The position numbers were made by a program, and so were the translations under genes. A stretch of DNA of 64,000 nucleotides, taken from positions 118,544,001 to 118,608,000 of the forward strand of contig OX597820.1 in assembly GCA_951406725.2 (NCBI GenBank), given 5' to 3'. Below are positions 1-14,442 of this stretch, piece by piece. The notes below the pieces were generated by a model. It was not told the origin of the DNA. It saw only the letters and a program-made list of their open reading frames with translations, and ran no database searches. The first letter of the stretch is position 1. Each line of letters starts with the position of its first letter. This DNA comes from Octopus vulgaris (lineage: Eukaryota).

Positions 1-117
1 TAAGGAAAAGGGTAGGACTCGTTCTATAATGCAGGGGTATGTGACCTTCAAATGAAGGGGTTACACATTGCTCGGATGTTATTAATCATAGGCTTGCGTA
101 ATGGGAGTTCGTTCAGA

Positions 118-204
118 GCTAAACAAGAGAATGAGAAGAAGGAGGAGAAGAAGAGGAAGAAGAAGAAGAAGACGAATAATAATAATAATAATAAGAAGAA
201 GAAT

Positions 205-238
<34 letters not shown>

Positions 239-302
239 GAGAAGAAGAAGGAAGAAGAAGAAGAAGAAGACGAATAATAATAATAATAATAAGAAGAAGA
301 AT

Positions 303-360
<58 letters not shown>

Positions 361-1050
361 GAGAAGAAGAAGGAAGAGGAGGAGAAGAAGAAGAAAAAGA
401 AGAAGAAGAAGGAGGAGGAGGAGAAGAAGAAGGAGGAGGAGGAGAAGAAGAAGAAGGAGGAGGAGGAAAAGAAGTAGAAGAAGAAGAAGGAGGTGGAGGA
501 GAAGAAGAAGGAGGAGGAGGAGAAGAAGTAGAAGAAGAAGAAGAAGGAGGAGGAGGAGAAGAAGTAGAAAGAAGAAGAAGAAGAAGGAGGAGGAGGAGAA
601 GAAGTAGAAGAAGAAGAAGAAGAAGAAGAAGGAGAAGGAGAAGGAGAAGAAGAAGAAGAAGGAGAAGAAGAAGGAGAAGAAGGAGAAGGAGAAGAAGAAG
701 AAGGAGAAGAAGGAGAGGAGAAGAGGAGAAGAAGGAGAAGGAGAAGAAAGAGAAGAAGAAGAAGAAGAAGAAGAAGAAGAAGGAGAAGAAGAAGAAGAAG
801 AAGAAGAAGAAGAAGAAGAAGAACAAGAAGAAGAAGAAGAAAAAGAAGAAGGCAAAAGGACGAAGGTGATGTAAAGCAGGAGGAAGCAGTAGAAAAATGA
901 ATGAAAAAAACAGACGAAATAGAAGGAGCAGAAGAAGAAGAATGAGAAGGAGGAAAAAGGAAAAGAAAGAAGTAGAAAGAAGCAGAAGAAAGAGAAGAGA
1001 AAGATGATGGAAGATGTGAAGAAAGAGGAAGAGAAGAAGGAGGCGGAGAG
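118..1050. repeat. Polypurine (GAA/GAG)n low-complexity tract with short (TAA)n blocks
   Basis: Direct reading; block 'gaagacgaataataataat...aagaagaagaatgaagaagaagagg' occurs twice (~168 and ~267). Confidence 0.95.
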
Positions 1051-1239
1051 TTAGCATGGTCGTAGGCAGGATGGGTTCAGACAATAGGATTTTTGGGGAA
1101 GGGTTGAGCTATTTTAACTTATAATGTTACGGGTTGTGCAACTGAAACCGTGCAACTGTGTCCTTCAGCACATTAATATATATTCTGTTCACCGTCCTCA
1201 GGTCGTCCACACTTCCATTCAAAGAAATTTCAAAATCGC

Positions 1240-1400
1240 AGGCGCGAATTGGCTGTAAGAAGTTTGTATCGCGACCGCACGGTTCCCGGTTCAGTTCCAC
1301 TGTATGGCATTTTGTGCAAGTGTCTCCTACAATTACCCTCGGGACGACTAAAGTACGGTGAGTGAATTTGGCAGAGAGAAACAAAAACTAGTACGTGGGA
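1240..1400 (+). mobile_element. Diverged 5' half of SINE family 1, followed by (CA)n
   Basis: aggcgcgaattggctgtaagaagtttg...ggttcccggttcagttccactgtatggcattttgtgcaagtgtctcctac aligns loosely to the 7772 copy. Confidence 0.7.
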
Positions 1401-1422
1401 TACACACACACACACACCCACA

Positions 1423-1474
<52 letters not shown>

Positions 1475-1678
1475 TACACACAGATACACACACAAACAAA
1501 CTCACATAGGGTTGGCCAAAATCATCTGATTCGAAGATTTATTTATGTTTAACAATTGAATGAATTTAATAAAAGCATCTAAATACGAAACATCATGAAA
1601 ATTGTTCAAACTTAAGTCCTTCTTGAGTGACACATTTTTCCATTCGAGTCAATACAGAATTTCAGGTACTGTATATAT

Positions 1679-1948
1679 ATATTAATAGTTATCGCCATAC
1701 TAATATGGCAGTCTAAATATAAGACTAAAGCTGTCGCTGATTAGCTCCAAGAGGCCACCACCTCTAGCTAGCTATATGGCACACGAACCTGCGTCCATTA
1801 CAAGCTAGAGGCGGTGGCCTCTTGGACTAATCAGCGACAGCTTTAGTCTTATATTTAGACTGCCATATTAGTATGGCGATAACTATTAATATCCAGTAAC
1901 GCTGCCGTAATCTCCTTTAGAGAGACTTAGTAATTTTAATATTTCTAA
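1679..1948. mobile_element. Family A retrozyme/Penelope-like non-autonomous element fragment forming a ~90-bp inverted repeat, in (TA)n
   Basis: Arms 1679-1769 and 1803-1892 are near-perfect reverse complements; near-identical to 62845-62967, and 1916-1948 matches 62632-62664; TA runs on both sides. Confidence 0.8.
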
Positions 1949-2551
1949 TATATATATATATATTAATCAGTCTAATGTAGCTTGCCTGGTTTAAGTTCTA
2001 ATAATGGTGTACACATGTCTATAGAACATATTACAATGAAAGCTATCAAATAATATCTTTTGTTAGAGAGGAACAAATGCATATTTAGCAATGACACCAC
2101 CGTTGCTGGACGAATTTGTTTTAACATCATTCGTCAATAAAAAATATTGTGTCGAGACGAATAACGCAGTTAGCCTACTTTTGACGATGGATCTGCTTTG
2201 TATACGACACAAAGATTTCTGTTTTGAATTAATACTGCTTCTGTTGCTCATAAAGAATTTTTATTCAGCCCTCCTGCTAATTGCAAGATCGGACATTTTT
2301 CAGTCACTGTTTTCCTAGCGGCTGATTTTATCTTAGCATTCCGATGTCAGTTGATACTAGCTACGGACGAAGCTGAAAGACGCAGAAATACGCATTTAGC
2401 AATGGTACCACCATTGCTCAACGATTTTCGTCTGTTATTGAGACATTTCTGTATTTTTAACACTGTACGTCTATAAGAGATGCGATCTTGTGACAAATAC
2501 CGCAGTTTATTAGGCTTTCAACGATGTATCTGCTTCAAGTTTGATACACAG

Positions 2552-2557
<6 letters not shown>

Positions 2558-2640
<83 letters not shown>

Positions 2641-2720
2641 CATACATATAAAAACATACATACATACATACATACATGCATACATACATTCATACATGTG
2701 TGCGTGTGTGTGTGTGTTAA
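2558..2720. repeat. (TA)n/(TACA)n/(TG)n compound microsatellite
   Basis: Direct reading. Confidence 0.95.
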
Positions 2721-2978
2721 TATGTATGCATACATGTGTGAGGAAGCGAGACTGCACCCTAGAATTCGATTCGCCAGAAGTTCATATTGATATACTTTAC
2801 CGCTACACAAAGGTTTTTATCAAGAAGAATTGGTACATACTTTATTGTACATCATTTACATGGCTCTGGGGGTAAACGTCTTTAACCGTCGCCGGGGAAC
2901 AATACAAGTGTTTCCAGTCACTGGATCAACAAAAAGAGAAAAGTATTGGAAAACCGTAAGGTAGAATAACTATTGTGG

Positions 2979-3291
2979 CAATTAAGGCGGCGTGCTGGTA
3001 GAATGGTTACGATTCGGTGGAAGGCGTGAAATAATATTCTCTGAACGCCTTACTTCCCTTACAATTAAGGCGGCGTGCTGGTAGAATGGTTAACGTGCGG
3101 TGGAGGGCGTGGAATAATCTTCTCTGAACGCCTTACTTCCCTTACAATTAAGGCGGCGTGCTGGTAGAATGGTTAACATGCGGTGGAGGGCGTGGAATAA
3201 TCTTCTCTGAACGCCTTACTTCCCTTACAATTAAGGCGGCGTGCTGGTAGAATGGTTAACATGCGGCGGAGGGCGTGGAATAATCTTCTCT
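2979..3291 (+). repeat. 83-bp tandem repeat x ~3.8 containing the head of a family 2 SINE
   Basis: Units start at 2979, 3062, 3145 and 3228 (caattaaggcggcgtgctggtagaatggtta...). Confidence 0.9.
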
Positions 3292-3460
3292 GCAATTCAT
3301 TTGTCATTATGTGCTGAGTTGAAATTCTACAGATGTCCAGTTTGCTTTTCGTCTTTGAGGGTCGATAAAATAAGTACCTCTTGAGTACTAGGGTTGTTGT
3401 AATTGACTTAGCAGCTACCCCAAAAATGCTGCCCTTGTGCCAGAAAGTTGTAACCATTAT
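3292..3460 (+). mobile_element. Diverged body of a family 2 SINE (Nin/Deu-like domain)
   Basis: ctgagttgaaattc...tttgcttttcgtctttgagggtcgataaaataagtacc...gcccttgtgccagaaagttg. Confidence 0.7.
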
Positions 3461-3789
3461 TTTACTAAGCTGTAAAAAAGAAACAGTTGCAAATACGCAT
3501 AGCCGTTTCTCGAGGGGAGCGTAAGCAATTTAAGTTTTGTGAGCAGGGATTAAAGTTCCGCACGAATAGGGAATTGCCCGGTCTACCTGTCCGTCTATCT
3601 AACAAACTAACTACATAACACTTTAGGTATGTGCAAACATCATGCGCTCTAACACACATAAACCTATATCTGTGCATATCTAACAAACAATGCAAGCGCA
3701 TGTAGTCATGTGTGTATACGTATTTATATATTACTGTGCGTTTGTCTGTGTATGATTTTGTGTATCGCTATATGAGAATGCATTCACAT

Positions 3790-5890
<2,101 letters not shown>

Positions 5891-6419
5891 TATATGCATG
5901 CCCGTGTCTGTGGGTATGTTCCTGTTCCCTTCGTGTTTGCGTCTTTGGGATTTTACATAAATAAAAAAGATACGTAGATAGAGAAAATTATTGATTCGAG
6001 TATCGAAAAATGTATATATTAGTATGTAGAGCCAACTTTAGGAATTGGAATATACGAAACTATAGCTTCGAGGCTACTTATGCGTGCGCGCTCGCACGCG
6101 CACACATATTCACACGGACACATACCTTTACGCATACATACTCCTGTATACACTCACAAATTACATACTCGCATATACAAGCTTGCAAATATATGGCATG
6201 CACGTAGATACTGGTGAACTTATGACAAAGCAGTGTGTACAATAACTATATATGTATATGCCTGTAGAAATATTCATTGAAAGTGGATATCTATATCTAG
6301 CTGGATATCTATATCGGGTCGCGCTCGACCTTGTACCTTCAGATTTATCTACGAAGACTGGCGCAACGTTTAGGCAGTTGCCCTTACGTGAAACATTCTG
6401 CAAAACAGCAAGCCGTTTT

Positions 6420-6590
6420 TAGATAATTTCTATTTTTAAATCTCACAACGAGAGATATCCAGCAACAGTACTTTGGAGTAAAGGTTATTTGCCAATATAA
6501 CATGGCAGTCCTGGTTTAGGACGAATGTTGCCGTAATTTAGCCCCAGGAGACATCGTCTCCAGCTGGCTGGATCTGTGTCCTTGCATTTT
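6420..6590 (-). mobile_element. Diverged family A-related fragment (three-hairpin module)
   Basis: gttatttgccaatataacatggcagtcctggtttaggac...ttagccccaggagacatcgtctccagctggct parallels 1686-1773 with the hairpins preserved. Confidence 0.6.
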
Positions 6591-6699
6591 CTTCATCAAC
6601 AACAGCCTCAATGGATTCTCTGCTGTTTTGTGTCTTCTGTCTTTTACTTGTTTCACTCATTAGACTGCGGCCATGCTGCAGCACTTCCTTAATAGATTT

Positions 6700-7290
6700 T
6701 TGATGTCGCCCTCACTGGCGACGCACCCATATTTACTCACAATTTTGGGAACATATTTTTCCTGATGTCCATGTCGCACAACCTTTAGTGTCTTCACAGA
6801 CCATCGAAAAGCGGTCATAACATCGGCATTTTGATACACGGCGTGAATCATTATGACACATGTTGGGACCCCCTTCGGTCATGACTGATCGTGGGTTTGC
6901 ACCTAGAAAGTTACCCTCCCAGACACAAGTCTAGACAAGATTGTTTATGGAAGACCAGCTGTCGCCCATGCATACCAGCCTCCCCTCTCCACGCCACCAG
7001 TGTTATCCAAGGGAAAGTCAAAGGTCCCAATACTGCTTGGCACCTGTGACGTTGCAAGTCATTTCTACAGCTGAGTGAACTGGAGCAACGTGAAATAAAG
7101 TGCCTTGCTCAAGAACACAACACACAGCCCGGTCCGGGATTCGAGCTCACAACCTCACGATCGTAAGCTCGACGCTCTAACCACTGAGCCATGCGCCTTT
7201 ACTTATGACACATGTAGCTCTTTTCCAACGTTCAGATGACTTCCAGTCCTCCATGTCAGCTAACACTTTTTCAAGTACAGTTTTAATCTT
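6700..7290 (-). pseudogene. Possible decayed Tc1/mariner (maT-like) transposase N-terminus, split by a SINE
   Basis: With the SINE removed the minus strand reads MEDWKSSERWKRATCVIMIHAVYQNADVMTAFRWSVKTLKVVRH, an HTH-like N-terminus; recognised from memory only. Confidence 0.3.
6864..7202 (-). mobile_element. tRNA-derived SINE family 3, full length with 13-bp TSD
   Basis: Minus strand: ggcgcatggctcagtggttagagcgtcgagc (A box)...gagctcgaatccc (B box)...ttgagcaaggcactttatttcac; TSD ttatgacacatgt at 6851-6863 and 7203-7215. Confidence 0.9.
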
Positions 7291-7602
7291 TATGCTCTCC
7301 AACGCCGTTGACTGTTCACTAATACATCAAGCGGCTCCTCAAAAAGGAAACATAAAGATGATATATATACATATAAATGTATGGTTTGAATGTGTAGACT
7401 AACTAAATAATCAAAACTATTTTGGAAAAAAAAATCACTGTTTTAAGTCGAAAATCGAATTTCAAGTGTCACAGTTAAAAATTCGTGTGTGGAGTCATCA
7501 TCGATTGAATAGGTACTTGCTACATTATATTGAGTTCCATACTACACGGTGTTAAAATTCACTATACTATCGAATGCTATATTTCACTATAATTGTCTAT
7601 AC

Positions 7603-8317
7603 CAGTGGTTCTCACCTGGGGTCCATATCAGATTTTTGCAGTAAATTGGAGATCCACCAATAAGGGCCCCTGAAAAAGAATTTGCTTTAGATATATGTAT
7701 TGGTTTGAATTGCAAGAAACAGCAAGGTCCCTTTCTTTAACCTACACAAGATAATGGGCAAAAAATAAAATAGGCGCAGGAGTGGCTGTGTGGTAAGTAG
7801 CTTGTTTTACCAACCACATGGTTCCGGGTTCAGTCCCACTGCGTGGCACCTTGGGCAAGTGTCTTCTACTATAGGCTCGGGCCGACCAAAGCCTTGTGAG
7901 TGGATTTGGTAGACGGAAACTGAAAAAAGCCTATCGTATATATGTATATGTATATATACGCGTGTGTGTGTTTGTGTGTCTGTATTTGTCCCCTTAGCAT
8001 TGCTTGACAACCGATCTGGTGTGCTTATGTCCCCGTTACTTAGCGGTTCGGCAAAAGAGACCGATAGAATAAGTACTGGGTTTACAAAAGAATAAGTCCC
8101 GGGGTCGATTTGCTCGACTAAAGGCGGTGCTCCAGCATGGCCGCAGTCAAATGACTGAAACAAGTAAAAAAGAGAAAAACAAGTAAAAAAGAGGAAATTT
8201 GAAAGAAGTTTCCATTAAACTAGTTTTTAAACATTGAATGTCTACGGCGAAATGGTTACCAGAATAAAACAGTAATCAAAGGGGTCTACAGATAAAAGAA
8301 ATGGCTGAGAACCCCTG
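7603..8317. mobile_element. Non-autonomous hAT (Charlie-like) MITE containing a nested SINE
   Basis: TIRs cagtggttctca / tgagaacccctg; 8-bp TSD gtctatac (7595-7602) vs gtctctac (8318-8325). Confidence 0.85.
7772..8193 (+). mobile_element. SINE family 1 (tRNA-like head, CORE-like domain, internal TA/TG microsatellite, (gtaaaaga)n tail; resembles octopus OR2)
   Basis: ggcgcaggagtggctgtgtggtaag...ggttcagtccc...ccttgggcaagtgtcttctac...gcagtcaaatgactgaaacaagt; about 10 copies in the window. Confidence 0.9.
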
Positions 8318-10162
8318 GTCTCTACTGAAGAATATTTTGTAATTTAGAAACGAAGGTTAATAAATTGCTCTTTTGAGGATTGTAGTGAGACTATCCAATG
8401 GTTTGTTGTATTTATTCAAGGTCCATTATGTAAAGTGTCCAGCTTTTTTTTTCGGATAACAACATTGTACTAACACCTCACGTTTGATTGTTCAAGGGTT
8501 CTCTATACCTTGTACGACATGCTCTCTGTAACAATTTATCATAGTATTGTATACCATGTAAATATTTATAAGAATTTCAGCTTCTAGCTTCGTCACATTC
8601 TTGAAACAACTTTATATTTGTTACACTTAAGGTAAGCAAGTTAAAGCTTAATTAATTTTCTTAATTAGCCTTCTGTTTCTTCAACGCCCCACAAATGTGA
8701 AAGGATACTGGAATCAACGTAACTAGGCGGACACTGGAATAAAGTTTTAGTTTAGAGATAAGTTTTTACTGATATGTCTTTAGAAAGTACTTCGGCAAAT
8801 ATTTAAGCAACCTTTATATCTTCAGAAGTATAAATAAAGATGTTAAAAATGTAATCTCGCATTGTAAGATAACTATGCCGCAGTGAATAAAAAATTAGCT
8901 TTGTGATTAAATTGTGTCGTTGAAAGTTTTAATAATAAAAGAAATTCAAAACTGTATCTTGATAAAAATATGTTAAAATTGGAATTTAAAAGAACTTTCT
9001 AGACAGTGTTGATTTAAATAATTGCTTTCATTTATTAAAAGTTACTACAGTATAAATTATAATAGAGGCATAGGGTGATAATAACATCCACAAAGGGTGT
9101 TATATATTTTTGTTTAAAACATTAGTTTTAACTTGTACTTCACTTATATCAGCGAGTTGTTAGTTCGTTAATTTACTTTTACAGATATTCAGGAGAAATA
9201 TTGAGTCAAGTCGATAATTGTTCTTGCTGTAGTAAATGTAAAATGTGAGAAAATTGTATAGATTATTCATGCAGCTATTATTGAAGTTTTAATATTTATG
9301 AACAGTTAGTAGCTTCCGTTAAAAGAAATCGGCGTCTTTCAAAGTAAACCTTCATTGATTTTTTCGCGTATGATTATAAAGATAAAAGTGATAGGAAAAG
9401 CTATAAATTTCGTTCTATAACAGAAAGCAGGCTTTCATTATATAGTTAGCCGGCGAATGTTGAGGCCCAGATAAACTTAGGTAATTGTCACAATAAATCA
9501 TCACATCTGAACTATTACTATTTAAGACCGACAAACTTGAATCCAGCGTATTTATATGAGGCTTCATACTAAATCATCCCACTTTCTTATTTTGGAAACG
9601 AGTTAGCGTACAGAGACATACCTCTGCAAATAACCGCTTATTACTAAATTCCAATGATAATATTAGAACACAGAGAAAGGCCTTCCATCGTCTTATTTTG
9701 CTTCTTCGGTTCGGCAGAGAAACTATATTGGTTTCTTCATCGAATTAGCTACAAACCCATAAATATGACTAATACTTTGGGGTGGGGGTGAGGGTTGGGT
9801 GTGTTATTATCGCTTATTCATCAAGGAGAAGGTCTGGAAATGTTTTGTATGTTTACGCAAACTTCACCAAAATATAAAAGTTAATTTGACATGCACCTGG
9901 AATTCTGGAATCGGGAAAATATTGAATTGCTGTAAGCGATGAAGAAATAGTTTACACAGTTTGAAAGAACGGATGGAAACCAAGCGGTGAAGACGAACAA
10001 TATTGTCTTTATAAAGCCCGCGATATTTTTCATTGTGTACCCAGATATCTCGAAAGAAGGTGACTAATCATTCTGAAACATACGTGAAATATACGTGACC
10101 CGAAGGAAAAAGGTTAGGAATGTAATATGAAAGACCACAGTCTGGTTATAAATACATGTTTA

Positions 10163-10389
10163 CCGTAATCCCTCGCCATATCGCGGTTCACCTAACGCGG
10201 TTCACTTATCACGGTTTATTATTTAAGCTTACGTCGATTCCTCCGTGGTGTTGTTTTGTACTTAAAATAAATATATACAAATTATAAAAATCAAATAATA
10301 TACAGTACAGTTCCGTTTTTACTTCGCGGATTTTCACCTATCGCGGCGGGGTTTGGAGCATAACATCCACGATAGTCAAGAGATGACTG
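10163..10389. mobile_element. Tc1/mariner (pogo/Tigger-like) MITE
   Basis: Imperfect TIRs ccgtaatccctcgccatatcgcgg / ccacgatagtcaagagatgactg, each flanked by TA. Confidence 0.7.
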
Positions 10390-10392
10390 TAT

Positions 10393-10612
10393 GCTGGCAG
10401 AAACGTTAGCACGCCGGGCGAAATGCTTAGCGGTATTTCGTCTGCGTTACGTTGTGAGTTCAAATTCCGCCGAGGTCGACTTTGCCTTTCATCCTCTCAG
10501 GGTCGATAAATTAAGTACCAGTTGCGCACTGGGGTCGATGTAATCGACTTAATCCCTTTGCCTGTCCTTGTTTGTCCCCTTTGTGTTTAGCCCCTTGTGG
10601 GTAATAAAGAAA
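10393..10612 (+). mobile_element. SINE family 2 (tRNA-like head, Nin/Deu-like central domain)
   Basis: gctggcagaaacgttagcacg...gagttcaaattcc (B box)...gtcgactttgcctttcatcc...ggtcgataaattaagtaccag. Confidence 0.9.
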
Positions 10613-11031
10613 TATGTATGTATATATGTATATATATAATGAGTGTATATATGTATATGACTGCATGTGTGTATATATGTCTATTTGTGTGTCTAGAACG
10701 AGCGAAAGTTAATGCCACGCCCTATACACCTGGTTTCGATTTTCTGTTGCACATACATTATTTTGCTCATATCAGTGAAGCTTTTCAGATTGGTTCGAAT
10801 ATCAGAAAATCACTTCTAACGAATTGAAGCCATCATGAATTATACCACGTGACTCATGAGTGACATGTGGTGACACTTAGCTCAGTACAACCTGTTATAT
10901 CTCACCTTTTCTTTCTATTCGCTTTGAAATTATCTTCTTGTAAATCGTTTATATTAAAGGTCTCTCAATTCTGGTCTAATGTAATATGGCATGGTAGCCA
11001 GCATATTGAGAACTTCCCTGAATTTTGCATA

Positions 11032-11548
11032 TCTATATATATAAAACTGCAGTTGTGTGAGTGTCTGTCCCCTTCGATTTAGATTCCTAACTCCTCCCAC
11101 ATTTTGCGGTGCAGTTTAACCAAATTCGGGTATCTTATAGTCGTGAATAATATCGAGCCCGTCTGGCTATTAGTGCGCGTCTACGATGAGTCTACGATTT
11201 TAAAAATAATTTAACATCATTTTTTATTCCATTTTAATGCATAATTTTTCGTGTGTCGATGGCGGCGGAGTTGGCGTCCACGCTCAAACACCTGCACCTG
11301 TGTTTGCTTCTCCCCCTTCTTCCCTCCCTCGTGAAGCTGTGGGGAAGGGAGTGTAAGGAAATTAACGTCGTAAAGCGTTGTGAAGGAGACCAGCGTTCTC
11401 TTAGAACAACGACTTCATGGCTTGAAGACACTAAAACAGAAATGGCTAAGAAAGCCCAAATTGGCATCTATAAGGGTAGTAACTCTCTAAAAATGCTTAT
11501 ATAGTTATTTCCCTTACAAACCCGAGCAACGCCGGGCAATACTGCTAG
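11032..11548 (+). mobile_element. Non-autonomous Helitron
   Basis: A|TC 5' end; subterminal hairpin cccgagcaacgccggg; CTAG 3' end. Confidence 0.9.
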
Positions 11549-11940
11549 TCTTTATATATAAAAGAAAGGTTGTGTGTCCGTCTACTCCGATTTAGATTCC
11601 TAACTACTCCCACATTTGGCGGTGCAGTTTAACCAGAACCGGGTATCTTATAGTCGTGATTCATATCGAGCCCTTCTGGGTATTAGCGCGCGTCTACGAT
11701 GAGACTACGATTTTAAAAATAATTTACCATCATCTTTTTCCATTTTAATGCATATTTTTTAAATATAAGGAAAGTAACTCTCTAAAAATGTCTACGATGA
11801 GTCAACGATTAAAAAAAAATATTACCATAATTTTTTTCCATTTTTAATGCACTTTTTGCTATTTTTTGGCTATAACTCTCTAAAAATGCTTTATAGTTAT
11901 TTCCCTTACAAACTCGAGCAACGCCGGGCGATACTGCTAG
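11549..11940 (+). mobile_element. Non-autonomous Helitron, directly head-to-tail after the previous one
   Basis: TC start at 11549; same 3' hairpin; CTAG|T end; near-identical to 51593-52000. Confidence 0.9.
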
Positions 11941-12227
11941 TCAATTATCAAAAGCTTTATCATTAAGTGTTTCTCTGCCTTTTCAGAAATGTCCTGCGGC
12001 GTCCCTAACCTCTTCCTCGCTCAGCATTAGTCTCTTCAGTCAATCTTTCAACTATTTTACGCCCTGTCTGATTATGAATAACGAAAAACCGGGATATTTA
12101 TCAACTGGTTTTTCCACATCGAGACTGGCAGATTTTTGTCCCCTAATGATTTTTCATTGTGCCGTTTATAAAAGTAAAATTAGAATTTATCCCAAAACAC
12201 TGATGAATTCATATATGTTCCTGCAAA

Positions 12228-12636
12228 GTGTGTGGTAAGTAGCCTGTTTACCAACCACATGGTTCCGGGTTCAGTCCACTGCGTGGCATCTTGGGCAAGT
12301 GTCTTCTGCTATAGCCCCGGGCCGACCAATGCCTAGTGAGTGGATTTGGTAGACGGAAACTGAAAAAGCCTGTCGTATATATGTATATATATATATATAT
12401 ATGTATGTGTGTATGTGTTTGTGTGTGTGTGTGTGTTTGTACCCCTAGCATTGCTTGACAACCGATGCTGGTGTGTTTACGTCCCCCGTCACTTAGCGGT
12501 TCGGCAAAAGAGACCGATAGAATAAGTACTGGGCTTACAAAAGAATAAGTCCCGGGGTCAAGTTGCTCGATTAAAAGGCGGTGCTCCAGCATGGCCGCAG
12601 TCAAATGACTGAAACAAGTAAAAGAGTAAAAGAGTA
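12228..12636 (+). mobile_element. SINE family 1
   Basis: High identity to 7772-8193; (gtaaaaga)n tail. Confidence 0.9.
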
Positions 12637-12928
12637 GGAGATACATAAGAAAAAAAACCCCAAAAGCATCACAAAATAAAATGAAAGATTAAAGAATGCT
12701 TAACAAATGTTCATAAGTTAAAGCATCTAAAACATATCTACTTTTCGTATCTGGCGGATATATATTCCTGTTTCATTGCTTAATCAAATATTAATCAGTT
12801 TAGAAGAGAAGAAATTACCTCCTCAATTGCTAAGACTGAGCTTCATGATGCAAAATTTGGTTAATTTACATGTTCTTGATGGACTCGTTTTCTGCAAATG
12901 TATTTTTTAATTTCTAAAATGATTTTCT

Positions 12929-13582
<654 letters not shown>

Positions 13583-14442
13583 AAGAATTCAAATTTGATT
13601 GCCAACAACAAATGTTGGCGAACATTAAACCGTGTACACCATTTTGAACAATAACATCTTACAAATTAACACTTATTCATATATTGCTACTTTTCGACTC
13701 TAAATCTTGTTTACTGATATTATTGAACGTTATCTTCGTAAATTTGAACAGTATTAATAATTGCTATTATAATCTGATTTGTCTGGAAACGTATCGTCTC
13801 TCAGTAGCTTTTGGCTTTCGACCATTTATACATTTGTTACCTGCTTAGTCAAACATCTTAAGAAAAATCTGGTTTTTATGATAAATCTTATTTTTGTTAG
13901 ATTTTCACAAATTTTATCTTTTACCATATATATATACATATATATATATATAAATGTAATATATGTATGTATATATGTATGACTATCAGTGTTTTCAAAG
14001 ATGTCGAAAATTATATTAATTATAAAGAATGTTTTTCTATAGGAAAAACAGTTTCTTTCTGACTTAATGTTTACTACAAATATATTTACACTACTTTACT
14101 TGGCTTACTTTCAAAAGTTGAATATAACAACAAAAATAATACTAATAATAATTATAGTAATAACAACAATTAAAGTCAAAATACGCCCTGTGTTCATAAT
14201 ATTTATCTGTCTGACCCACCCCCACCTCTCTATATATCTAAATATTATATGTGCAATATAAACACATATAAAGATTATCTTTGCGCGCGTGAATCTTTTA
14301 ATATTTGTTTCGTCTTTCTACTTAGCTGGATTACGCTAGATGTCTAAACTATAAAAAGTACTGCGAGTAGATTTTTTTCTTTTTATAGCATATATTATTC
14401 TGCGCTCTATACTAGAATTGGGCGGAAGTTTCTTATGTCTGA

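Noticed and set aside
52-1084. Long poly-E/K/L/S ORFs, and all YI/HT/LSIY-repeat ORFs in the track
   Set aside because: Translations of microsatellites that lack stop codons; no coding signal
1508-1670. Tc1/mariner-like terminus tagggttggccaaaa
   Set aside because: No matching opposite TIR found
6360-6395. Minus-strand gggca-ac-tgcct-aaacgtt as a decayed HHR beside the family A fragment
   Set aside because: The core is unrecognisable and could be chance
7130-7200. tRNA gene (also at 30503)
   Set aside because: tRNA-like SINE head continuing into a SINE body and bounded by TSDs; acceptor stem is not intact
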